Shown here: positions 53,470-62,337 of the stretch, piece after piece
How positions within the stretch are numbered: position 1 is the first letter of the stretch
Layout of the letters: each line of letters begins with the position of its first letter
IMG/VR virus record: IMGVR_UViG_3300014204_000161
Location: 14,916-78,915 of that record
Reading direction: 5' to 3' (one strand)
DNA length: 64,000 nt
Source: a virus
Lineage: Duplodnaviria > Caudoviricetes
Made by a program: the position numbers and the translations under genes
Notes under the pieces: generated by a model
The model's database searches: none
The model's input: only the letters and a program-made list of their open reading frames with translations
Told to the model about the DNA's origin: nothing

Positions 53470-54203
53470 ACGAGTGAGTTAACATCGTCCGATATATCAT
53501 CGACCTTATCCTCGATGATGTCTTGAGAAATACCGAACTTCTGAATGAGTTCAGCCTTTTTCCCCGGATTAGTTCGAGAATCATCGACTTCTGGGTTGTC
53601 GACTTCCTCCGCTGTTATCTCTTTCATGATATTTTTAGTCCCAGCAGTTATGTAGAATTGCTTCTCATTTCCTAAGAGAGGGGTGACTGAAGTATTGCCG
53701 GTTCCTTTCTGGTTAACGTCTTGATTGATTTTCTTGTAAGTGTCTTCAAGAAAAAGCATGTAATTCGCTTGGGTCTTCACGACAGTTGTCAACTTATCCT
53801 GCAACTGACCGAAAACTTCGAAAAGGCGAGGATGCGTGTTTCCTTGATTTATTTCCTCGGCTATCTTTTCAATCGCCATGCGCAGGGTCTTTAATTGGAA
53901 GAATATGTTCGAGATGCTGGTGTTGTCCAATATCTGTTTCTGTTTTAAGTACTCGACGTTATCGATGACTCCTAGATCGACGTAAAACTTTAGCATTGAA
54001 CCAGTTATGTCTTTTGCTTGTTTTTCGAACTTCCTATTCATTTCGTCGAAATCTATCGGAGGAGCGGCCGCGATTTCACCCATCTGTTCGTCGACGATGT
54101 CTTCCTCAGCGCTAGGTCCACCAGAATATCCCCTTAACAGATCCTCAAGTTCTCCGCGAATCTGCTGCTTCTTTTCCTTATTGAAAACTTGTTGACCTGC
54201 CAT
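53466..54203 (-). CDS. terS: Terminase small subunit (gp16-like)
   Basis: Directly upstream of terL; HPRLFEVFGQLQ resembles the gp16 HPRAYEV motif. Confidence 0.65.
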   Translation of the reverse strand: MAGQQVFNKEKKQQIRGELEDLLRGYSGGPSAEEDIVDEQMGEIAAAPPIDFDEMNRKFEKQAKDITGSMLKFYVDLGVIDNVEYLKQKQILDNTSISNIFFQLKTLRMAIEKIAEEINQGNTHPRLFEVFGQLQDKLTTVVKTQANYMLFLEDTYKKINQDVNQKGTGNTSVTPLLGNEKQFYITAGTKNIMKEITAEEVDNPEVDDSRTNPGKKAELIQKFGISQDIIEDKVDDISDDVNSLV

Positions 54204-54448
54204 TAGTTTATTCTATTTTCGTTCTTGTCCAACGCAGGGTTGGCGAAGATTTTTACTTGCTTTATCGCTTCGATATGTTCGTAAATGAATTGTTCCATGT
54301 AAGCAAGGAACTGATCCATCATCGAATTCGCACCGAACATCTGATTGGACAAGGTTTTCTTCAGAACATTATCCTTGTATCTGAACCCTAAATGTAGTCG
54401 CTTGTCCTTTCGATTGTACACTGTCCAGTAAATGGAGTTTCTTATCAT
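54203..54448 (-). CDS. Small baseplate wedge-associated protein
   Basis: 81-aa ORF coupled to the gp6-like gene. Confidence 0.6.
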   Translation of the reverse strand: MIRNSIYWTVYNRKDKRLHLGFRYKDNVLKKTLSNQMFGANSMMDQFLAYMEQFIYEHIEAIKQVKIFANPALDKNENRIN

Positions 54449-56130
54449 AATAGGGTCAATTTTTTACGTGAAGCTTTCTGTGCTTTTATTTCGATATTAA
54501 CTGCACCAAGCGAACTTTCTGAAATTCCTTCTCGGTAAACGTTTCCGTAACGATCCTTCCAACCACCACGAATGACTGGGAATTCGTCGATCTTCATTAT
54601 GATGTCGTTGAACTCGTCGAGACCGATGTAAAGGTTAGGATCTCTTGCTGGATCAGCAATGAATATATTTTCGTTAAGTTCGGAAACTATTGATATGCTA
54701 ACGGAGTCAACCCCATTAACCGATTCAATGACAGAAATAAGGTCACTCTTTGGAACTCTATCGTTTCTTGAAAGCTTGATGAAGTAATTTCCAATGGCGT
54801 CAGTTATGTCAGTTTTTATGATTTCGTTTTCGACATCGTCGAATGCGATTATGCTGACGTTCAGAACGTATTTTATCAGGATCGGATCGAGCAAAGTTAT
54901 GTCCGTTGATACTAATTTCGTTCCGGACCGTTCCACATACTTCAAAAGTTCGTTCTTTTGGAACTGAGTCAACGAGAAGTTCGATAATGGCAGCTTAAAG
55001 TAATCTGAGCTTTGTAGGAATAACTGAGTAACGTCTGGAATTAAGAATACGTTGATCATTCGTGTATCGGTTTCGCTCAAGAACACTCTCACAGTTGAAA
55101 ACATTTGCATCTTGTGGAAAAGAACCTCGTAATTGTCAACATTCACTAGGGCGAAATTCTTAGAAGCCTTTGGCCCTATTAACCTGGTGAGTTCGATTTC
55201 TTCTGGGTCAACTCCAAAGCTAGGCGGACTGATCGTAACGATGTCGAAGTACTCGTTCAAGTTTATTTCGTCTCCCAACGGGGAGAATGCAGTTTCCGCA
55301 AATGTGAATTGAACTTGCTTAGCATCGTCAATTCTGATGTTTCCGCCAGCTCCTTCGGACACTAAGTACTCGACTATGATCTCGCTTCCAGCATCTGGAA
55401 TTTTTCCCATTGAACCATTTCCAAAATAGAGGTCCAAACCATTAGTGATTCCGGTCTTCGTTATGAAGCCTTTAGCGTTCCTAGGAATGTCCAACATCGA
55501 TTCGTACTTAGTCCACTGTTCGCCATTCACGTAAACGTTCACTCTGAACTGGTCAATGTAAAAGTTATTAGGATAACCTAAACTGAAACTATCGATCGGT
55601 TTTCCCTTTGCTGTTACTGTCTGGCTTTCGATGTCTCCCTGGCGAAGGCTGAACACTGCTAATGTTTCTGGCCCAGTTAAATTCAAGCGTACTTCATCTT
55701 GTGGTAATTCCATCACGTAGGTTAACCCGTTGTTAGTACACGTGAGCCTGAACATGTTGTTTAAGATTACCTTATTTGTAGGAGCGAGTACTCCAGGTTT
55801 CCTCATGATCCGTATCTGAGCGGTTGCTCCGATTGCTCGGCTAGGGTTATGTCCAGCCAATGAAACTAGACTATAGATAGACGATGGCCTTGAAGCCTCG
55901 TAAACGTTCAATTCGGTGATTGCATCTTCGAGGTAGTAGAATATGAGCTGACTTAGGTTCTCAAAAACTATCAGAAGCTGGCCGAACGGAGAAGCTGCGG
56001 TGAATATTGCTCTGCCTTGCTTATAGGTATCTTGTAGGAAAGTAATCGTCTCACCAAGAATATCACCGATCCTTATTTTAAGGCTGGTGAAGAGCCTGAG
56101 CGATGTATTTTGACTTGTGGTGCTGGCCAT
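54445..56130 (-). CDS. Baseplate wedge protein (T4 gp6-like)
   Basis: A...SS..SL..L.G.NP.R; FG.G..G.IP..G..I.VEYL.S.G..GN; D.Y. Confidence 0.85.
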   Translation of the reverse strand: MASTTSQNTSLRLFTSLKIRIGDILGETITFLQDTYKQGRAIFTAASPFGQLLIVFENLSQLIFYYLEDAITELNVYEASRPSSIYSLVSLAGHNPSRAIGATAQIRIMRKPGVLAPTNKVILNNMFRLTCTNNGLTYVMELPQDEVRLNLTGPETLAVFSLRQGDIESQTVTAKGKPIDSFSLGYPNNFYIDQFRVNVYVNGEQWTKYESMLDIPRNAKGFITKTGITNGLDLYFGNGSMGKIPDAGSEIIVEYLVSEGAGGNIRIDDAKQVQFTFAETAFSPLGDEINLNEYFDIVTISPPSFGVDPEEIELTRLIGPKASKNFALVNVDNYEVLFHKMQMFSTVRVFLSETDTRMINVFLIPDVTQLFLQSSDYFKLPLSNFSLTQFQKNELLKYVERSGTKLVSTDITLLDPILIKYVLNVSIIAFDDVENEIIKTDITDAIGNYFIKLSRNDRVPKSDLISVIESVNGVDSVSISIVSELNENIFIADPARDPNLYIGLDEFNDIIMKIDEFPVIRGGWKDRYGNVYREGISESSLGAVNIEIKAQKASRKKLTLL

Positions 56131-56217
56131 TTCTGGAGTATTTCTTTTTTATTATTTATCTGCTGCGTAAATGGCCGAGAGAAATTTGCATCTACTTGAA
56201 GCCTAAGGATAGATAAT

Positions 56218-56227
56218 GTAGTATAAT
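56218..56227 (+). promoter_or_regulatory. GTAGTATAAT promoter class (putative middle)
   Basis: Exact copies at 56218 (+) and at 3478, 13232, 29026, 38325 (-); variants at ~21796, 22740, 61122. Confidence 0.7.
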
Positions 56228-56268
56228 ATATACAAGGGCGTGAGAACTAATTTCGAAAGCCAAACCAT

Positions 56269-56677
56269 GGGGGTGAACGGCATTGACGTGAGCGATCGGG
56301 TTAAACTTGCATGCCGAGAATGATACCATCTCGCTAACTGTATCAAAACTGTAAGTGGCAACACTACAATCTGGGATCTCATCAATGGCACCGCTGTTGC
56401 TGAGAGCGTTGACGAGCTAGCACTAGTTGCGTAAACCGTTGGCCACACTTGCCAACGACCATAGAAGAAAGGTGTACGTGCGGGAAAAATCGGCAATAGT
56501 ACCGCTTTCGAAATCGTGGAGCCGAAATCATCCACAACAGGTTCGCTGACTGGCCCCTAAGTCAGTTCAAAAAAGAAGGGAAAAAGTTTTGTTGGCTTCG
56601 TAAAACCAACTAAGCATGTGAACGAACGTTTAGTCAGGCACTAAACGGACATGGGTTCGAGTCCCATCACCTCCACT
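56269..56677 (+). ncRNA. ssrA: tmRNA
   Basis: 5' GGGGGTG pairs with 3' CACCTCC-A including the G3:U70 Ala identity pair; T arm ATGGG-TTCGAGT-CCCAT; tag ORF at 56357-56434 reads GNTTIWDLINGTAVAESVDELALVA*. Confidence 0.9.
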
Positions 56678-56684
56678 CCGGCAC

Positions 56685-56736
56685 AAAATGTACCTCAGCG
56701 ATAGATAAATAACTCTAAAACTGAGGTACATTTTTT
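56685..56736 (+). terminator. tmRNA terminator hairpin with a late promoter in its loop
   Basis: AAAATGTACCTCAG (56685-98) / CTGAGGTACATTTT (56721-34) plus U-run; GATAAATA at 56704-56711; ATG at 56737. Confidence 0.8.
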
Positions 56737-57372
56737 ATGCCTAGAAGAGAACGCAAATTTCATTACATTTATAAGATCGATTGTAAAGTAACGGGCCGAT
56801 ACTATATTGGAATGCATGCAACTGATAATATGGAAGATGGATATTTCGGTAGCGGCAAACGTATTAAGTATTCTGTTAAAAAACACGGAAAAGAAAATCA
56901 CATAAAGGAAATACTTGAATTTTGCGAGAATCGCGAAGCTCTACAAAATAGAGAACGTGAAATCGTAAATGAAACCGTTTTGCTTGATCCGCTATGCATG
57001 AATCTTCAAATAGGCGGTGAAGGAGGATTTTGTTCTAAAGAGCATCAATTAAAATGTTCAGCCGCAGGCGGGAGAACCACTAATCCCGAGAAATCGAGGA
57101 AAGCTAGCGAGAAGATGAAGGAATCGAATCGTAAGATGATGGAATTAGGAACTCACCACACTCCGAATTGGACAGGCAAGCACCATAGACCGGAAATTCG
57201 AGAGCTGATAGGTGAAAATAGTTCAATAAAACAGAAAGGATCTGGCAACTCTCAGTTCGGAACCAAATGGATGACTCACCCTGAACACGGAACGATCAAA
57301 GTAAAAGCAGAAGAGAGACCTCAATTCTTAATATTGGGTTACCGTGATGGTAGAAAAATAATGGATAAATAA
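56737..57372 (+). mobile_element. Free-standing GIY-YIG homing endonuclease (Seg-like, NUMOD3)
   Basis: HYIYKI...RYYIGMH...Y.GSG...E; GKHH..E.R..I NUMOD3 and GSGNSQFG motifs. Confidence 0.85.
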
Positions 57373-57376
57373 AGGT

Positions 57377-58141
57377 ATGAAAACCTTAAACACTGACGAC
57401 ATTTTTCTCAGGAACTTATCGATCTCCTTCCTAGAGCTCCTGAACTCAACGATGAACATTAGCATCTCTCGCAACGATACTAAAGAAATTCATCCAGTTC
57501 CATTCATGTACAATTACGGAACCGACGAGGGTTTCCTAAAGGACTTCTACATTGGACTTCCGGATAACTGCAACATTCCTGTATCAGAGGGAACGTATGA
57601 CATGATTCCTAGGGGTATAATCACATTATCCTCTTTCCAAGTAAAGAATTCCGACATCACTAATCGGTTCGTTAGGGGTCAGTACACAGAAGTAGAAAAA
57701 GGATCTCAAGAAGAGAACGTTCTGACTGGGTATTCAGCTCAATTGTACTCTCTTCCGTTAGCAGTCAGGTTTGACATAAAGGTCATTACTGGAAGTATCA
57801 ATCAGGCTTTCAAAACTGCAGAAAATATCCTTGACTTGGTGTATTCAAATCGAGTCATGTACTTCCAATACAAGGGAATACGGGTTCCGGCACAATTCCA
57901 TTTTCCTGAGCAAGAAACTATTGATAAGAAATACGTGTTCACCTATGCAGACAACAATAAATTGCACGTGAATGCTGCAGTAGAGGTGGAAACGTACTTT
58001 CTGAGCTTCGAACAATCGTCGAAACGCCATAGCAGAAATGTCATGGAAAGAATTCTCGTCAGAGAATTCGATGCGGATGATCATCTTCTTAATAAAGTTT
58101 GGGTTGACGAGAACACTGCTCCAGTTCCACCAGAAGAGTAA
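57377..58141 (+). CDS. Tail terminator/sheath stabiliser (T4 gp15-like)
   Basis: R...I.F..L.N...I.R...VPF.Y...FL...PR pattern. Confidence 0.7.
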   Translation: MKTLNTDDIFLRNLSISFLELLNSTMNISISRNDTKEIHPVPFMYNYGTDEGFLKDFYIGLPDNCNIPVSEGTYDMIPRGIITLSSFQVKNSDITNRFVRGQYTEVEKGSQEENVLTGYSAQLYSLPLAVRFDIKVITGSINQAFKTAENILDLVYSNRVMYFQYKGIRVPAQFHFPEQETIDKKYVFTYADNNKLHVNAAVEVETYFLSFEQSSKRHSRNVMERILVREFDADDHLLNKVWVDENTAPVPPEE

Positions 58142-58756
58142 TTAGCTGAACTCCGGTTCCAGATCGAAATTGTAATACTGGAAAGTAACTGCGAATGATT
58201 TGAACTCACTCTTCACAGCAGCATAAGACAACTGAAAATCAGTAAGTCCCTTTATCATTGGCCTATTGAATATTAGAGAAGTAAAGGCATAGCCTTCATT
58301 GTTCAGAATGGTTAGCCTGATTGGCCCAAAGAATGGATGGTTGACGCTTGCTACTGGAGGAACACTCAATGCCTGTCCCAAAGAATTCTGAGTATTATGT
58401 GGATTGACGTTGGCGAAATCCAAATAGTTCAACATATTGTCCAAGAAAATAAAGTAGTTCATCCAACCATCCGTCAGCTTAAACGATATTTTCAGTTCTC
58501 TTGTGAACTGGTCTGCAATTGGCACAGCACTTTGACTTTCCTGTCTCTTTCCCAATACCCTAACCTGCTGAGGAAGTTGACTTTGAAATCCTGGAAAGTT
58601 CACAGTCTGTATGGTAGATGCCATGAAATCAGACAATGATCTGTATGGAGTCATCAAATTCCGATAGTACTTCTCATACTTCTTATCGATTTCTGGATTG
58701 AAAAAATCTTGTGGTAGGTTTATGAGGAACCCATTCTGTCTGGCGTTTAGTATCAT
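58142..58756 (-). CDS. Tail-tube-fold structural protein (gp54/gp3-like candidate)
   Basis: IQ.VNFPG...L.I.F.L.DG..NY...D...F.VTF.Y pattern. Confidence 0.55.
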   Translation of the reverse strand: MILNARQNGFLINLPQDFFNPEIDKKYEKYYRNLMTPYRSLSDFMASTIQTVNFPGFQSQLPQQVRVLGKRQESQSAVPIADQFTRELKISFKLTDGWMNYFIFLDNMLNYLDFANVNPHNTQNSLGQALSVPPVASVNHPFFGPIRLTILNNEGYAFTSLIFNRPMIKGLTDFQLSYAAVKSEFKSFAVTFQYYNFDLEPEFS

Positions 58757-58766
58757 AGATTATTAT

Positions 58767-61100
58767 TTATCCATTGTCCAACGCGAGCTTGAGTTGGTCG
58801 ATCACCATCTTAGGAGTTATTGACCTAGTACATTCGAATGCTCGTTCGGTTCCCTTGTGATCAGGACACCACATCCAATCGTCAGTCGACAGTCTGTGAC
58901 GATTGAAACATCCCGTGCATTTTCCTTCAGGAGTTATCACCCTGTACGTTTTATCTTGCGTTTCGGTGTACGGATACGAGAAACCCGAAATGATTACAGT
59001 AGGAACGTTAAGAGCCCATGATAACCAACTAAGGCCGCTTCCAATTCCTACGAAAGCTTGAGATGCTGAAAGTTCCTTCATCACCCCTTCAATTGGACCA
59101 TCTGGGTGCTTGCGTATTCCAGCTGGATGGTAGTTTCCCATGAATCCATCCTCTTCTTTTGATAACAGAACCACTTCGTATCCGTTGCTCTTGCACCAGT
59201 CAACTACATCCTGCCAACCCTTTGCTTTGTTCCAATACTTAGCTTGACAAGTTGCATGAATTGCAATAGCTATCTGCTTCTTTTTCTTTATTTTCGGGAT
59301 CTTGATCTTCGGCTTTATTTCTTGGTATTCCAATCCGAGAATGTCGAATTGCGATTTCTGCATTGGCATCGGCCTGGGATTGGTAGGGTTCTTTCCGTAA
59401 TCGATCGTGTCATCCTTTGCCTCCTTGTAGAACCAGCCTAACATGTACATCGCTGTAAGATCTTGAACTGGAATTCCTGGAGTGACGAATTCTATTTCTG
59501 GATAGTTATCCTTGAACCAATCATTGTGGAACGTTGAGCATATCATCTTGCAATTGTGCTTCTTTCTGAATTCTTCAATCGGAGGAAACCAGCCAAGAGT
59601 ATCGCCCAACGATTGGGATTCCAAAGAAACGTAAACTCTCTGGCCGTTCAAGTTTATGTCTCGATCCAAAAAGACCTCGCCAGTACTAGCATCGGTGAGC
59701 TTAACTTTCCAATCGACATAGTACTTTTTCGCTGCTGTAACCCACATGTTGTTCTTGATTACTTCCTCATGCTCTATCTTTCCTGTAGCATTGTCTATGA
59801 ATTGAACTCTGAACGTACCAGGATCGCCCCCCGTGATCTCCAGGTGAGGACCACCGACGAAATGATAAGATATTTTAAGAATGTTCGGATCATTCCGGAT
59901 CACATTAGTAATGAGATCCTTCCTACTTTCTAAATGATCTGCTGCTAGCTTTGCTACTCTGTCCCAATTGTAAAGTTCGTGAATTTCTTTAGCTTCGACC
60001 AGAGCACGTTCCTTATGTTCTGCGTACTTCTCGTAAGCATTGCGCATCACTTTTCCGAGATCTTCGAAATCTGGTTCGTAGTAATTTCCTACCGTTTCAT
60101 TGAAATGATTGTATGAGCTGGCATTTGCTGGCTTTTCTCCAAGGATTTTCACAGGTAAACCACGGCCCTCAGCAAATTCAAGTTGAGCACAGCAATCCGA
60201 ATAGATCGAAGGCGTTCCACATGCCATTGCTTCTATGAGAGGAAGGTTCCAACCTTCGGATCTCGAACACGATACAAAAACGTTCATCGATTTCATTAGA
60301 GCCACGTAATCTTCTCTTGGTGGAAGGTGCAGGATCTTTATCCTATCGTCGAGAAGGCCGTAATGTTTCAACCGATCCTCAGTACTTTTCATCTTATCTC
60401 CAGAGAATGGATTGTCAATGGACACGATCAGGTCAACAGGTTCTTTCTTGTCGAACGTTTTTAGGAAAGTTTCGATGATTTCCTCGGTGGACTTACGATA
60501 GTCCCATCTTCCGAATAGGCCGAACGTGAACCTCTTAGCATTGCTCGTCAGAACATGATAAGATTTGTCTGGATAGAACGTTGTCGTATCTACTCCCTCA
60601 GGAATCACGAATATCTTATCCTCTGGGTATCCCTGCTTTACTGAGCATTCTTTCTGCCATTTTGAAGGGACCCATAGTTCGTTAAATTCGAGAAGCTTCT
60701 TGAAAAATTCTTCTGGTTGAAGAGTCGATTCCCATACATTGAACGCAATCTTGTATCCTGAGTAAGGGCGATAGAAATAATGATGGTTCGTTTCGTTCAG
60801 AACCAAATTTATTCCGCACTTTCCTGGGTTTGGGTAGTTCTGGTATATCGGAAAATCTACGAGCTCTCGCTTATCGTCCCATAATGACTGTTCCGTCATT
60901 AGAGTCTTAAGCTGATCGTCTATGTACGGCTCATAATTATGAGGTTCTTCTGAATATCCTGTCCAAGTCTTGCCTATCGTGAAGTTACGTATTTCCAGAG
61001 GAACGTATTGTGAAAGAGCCCGGAAGAAAGATTGAGCGTGATTGTTATATCCTGTAGTGCCTATCAGTGAAGTAGACACGCGCATCTTGATGTCAAACAT
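58767..61100 (-). CDS. GT4-like glycosyltransferase fused to an AAH/TibC-like O-heptosyltransferase
   Basis: N half FGRWDYRKS...SRSEGWNLPLIEAMACG; C half SLGDTLGW...HATCQAKYWN...GSGLSWL...CTGCFN...WCP...FEC. Confidence 0.9.
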   Translation of the reverse strand: MFDIKMRVSTSLIGTTGYNNHAQSFFRALSQYVPLEIRNFTIGKTWTGYSEEPHNYEPYIDDQLKTLMTEQSLWDDKRELVDFPIYQNYPNPGKCGINLVLNETNHHYFYRPYSGYKIAFNVWESTLQPEEFFKKLLEFNELWVPSKWQKECSVKQGYPEDKIFVIPEGVDTTTFYPDKSYHVLTSNAKRFTFGLFGRWDYRKSTEEIIETFLKTFDKKEPVDLIVSIDNPFSGDKMKSTEDRLKHYGLLDDRIKILHLPPREDYVALMKSMNVFVSCSRSEGWNLPLIEAMACGTPSIYSDCCAQLEFAEGRGLPVKILGEKPANASSYNHFNETVGNYYEPDFEDLGKVMRNAYEKYAEHKERALVEAKEIHELYNWDRVAKLAADHLESRKDLITNVIRNDPNILKISYHFVGGPHLEITGGDPGTFRVQFIDNATGKIEHEEVIKNNMWVTAAKKYYVDWKVKLTDASTGEVFLDRDINLNGQRVYVSLESQSLGDTLGWFPPIEEFRKKHNCKMICSTFHNDWFKDNYPEIEFVTPGIPVQDLTAMYMLGWFYKEAKDDTIDYGKNPTNPRPMPMQKSQFDILGLEYQEIKPKIKIPKIKKKKQIAIAIHATCQAKYWNKAKGWQDVVDWCKSNGYEVVLLSKEEDGFMGNYHPAGIRKHPDGPIEGVMKELSASQAFVGIGSGLSWLSWALNVPTVIISGFSYPYTETQDKTYRVITPEGKCTGCFNRHRLSTDDWMWCPDHKGTERAFECTRSITPKMVIDQLKLALDNG

Positions 61101-61148
61101 TAAGCGAATGCGATTTTAGGATTTTATACTTGACAAGGTCACATGGTT

Positions 61149-62318
61149 CTAACTCTCTTGCCTACAGCTAACGGTTACTAGTTTAAGAGTATCGTTGCGT
61201 ATAACCTGAAACTGCAGTCCATTAAAATTATCGTCGGCTGTTATCTGAAATCCAGTTTGAGTAATAGTACCGCTGGTATTTGCCGGAATTGTGCTTATTA
61301 AGTCTGACGGAACGCCATTTGCCCATACGTAAATTGAACCATCATTTGAACAGTTAGTAGCATCGTATTCTACTATTATGTTATACGTATGACTTAATGC
61401 GTCAGTTACAGCAAAGTCATTGGATAATATGTAGCCATCGTCTCCCGTCGGGTTGATCCACTGGGTTGATCCTTTTATAGCGTAATTAGAAATTCCGCCG
61501 TCATCAATCCAATAATCAGCAAGCCCGTCAAGATTACTATCAGTCCATAACGATTCGCCGCTTCCTCCAGCATTTCTAACCATGTCAGATGCGGGAACGT
61601 AACTTGTAACTTCTGGGTCGAAGAACAACATCATTGGGATGTTGTCCGGCCAATCTACTTGTAAGTAAACTGCTCCATCTGCTCCATCTGCTCCAGTGCC
61701 ACCGATACTAGTACCAGCGAACACTCGCGATGCACCGCCTCCGCCGCCGCCATAGGTAGTTCCATTATTACCTGCACTGTTACCTATTACTCCAGTTCCA
61801 CCAGCTCCTCCGCCAACTGTCCCGCCAACTCCAGCCTTTCCTCCTGCCGCGTTTCCGCCTACTTGTGAATCTCCTGCTCCGCCGCCGCCTCCACCAGAAG
61901 TCGTCGTTCCGCTAGATGCTCCAGTTCCTCCAGCATAACCGGTTCCAGTAATAACGCTTCCTCCATTTCCGCCGGTAGTAGTTTGCCCAGCTAGACCCAA
62001 TCCTCCACCCGCTTCGACCACTACGGTATAACTCTTTTCTCCGACTCTCTGAAAAGCAACGGAACTATTTCCTCCGTCAACGTTAGTATCATTTCCTCCT
62101 GCTCCGACAATTATTCTAAGTGTAGCATTCCCAAGATTGCTGTACCTTGCGGTTGGCGTAGCGAATGCTCCTCCTCCTGCTCCACCGCCTCTACCAGAAG
62201 TCATAGTTGCTCCATGACCGCCTGCTGCCCAACAGTCCGCTTGTGATATTGTGGCACCATACGGAAGTATGAGCGTTGAAGTTCCAGGAGATGTGAATCG
62301 TCCAGATGTTGATCCCAT
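61149..62318 (-). CDS. Glycine-rich-domain tail fibre/appendage protein with a C-terminal beta-sandwich
   Basis: CWAAGGHG...GGGAGGGA...IIVGAGG...GG.S...AGGG...GGGGGG module. Confidence 0.75.
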   Translation of the reverse strand: MGSTSGRFTSPGTSTLILPYGATISQADCWAAGGHGATMTSGRGGGAGGGAFATPTARYSNLGNATLRIIVGAGGNDTNVDGGNSSVAFQRVGEKSYTVVVEAGGGLGLAGQTTTGGNGGSVITGTGYAGGTGASSGTTTSGGGGGGAGDSQVGGNAAGGKAGVGGTVGGGAGGTGVIGNSAGNNGTTYGGGGGGASRVFAGTSIGGTGADGADGAVYLQVDWPDNIPMMLFFDPEVTSYVPASDMVRNAGGSGESLWTDSNLDGLADYWIDDGGISNYAIKGSTQWINPTGDDGYILSNDFAVTDALSHTYNIIVEYDATNCSNDGSIYVWANGVPSDLISTIPANTSGTITQTGFQITADDNFNGLQFQVIRNDTLKLVTVSCRQES

Positions 62319-62337
62319 TGTGCTGAATTAGAATATT

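Noticed and set aside
56203-56535. 110-aa minus-strand ORF
   Set aside because: Antisense to tmRNA and has no coding features.
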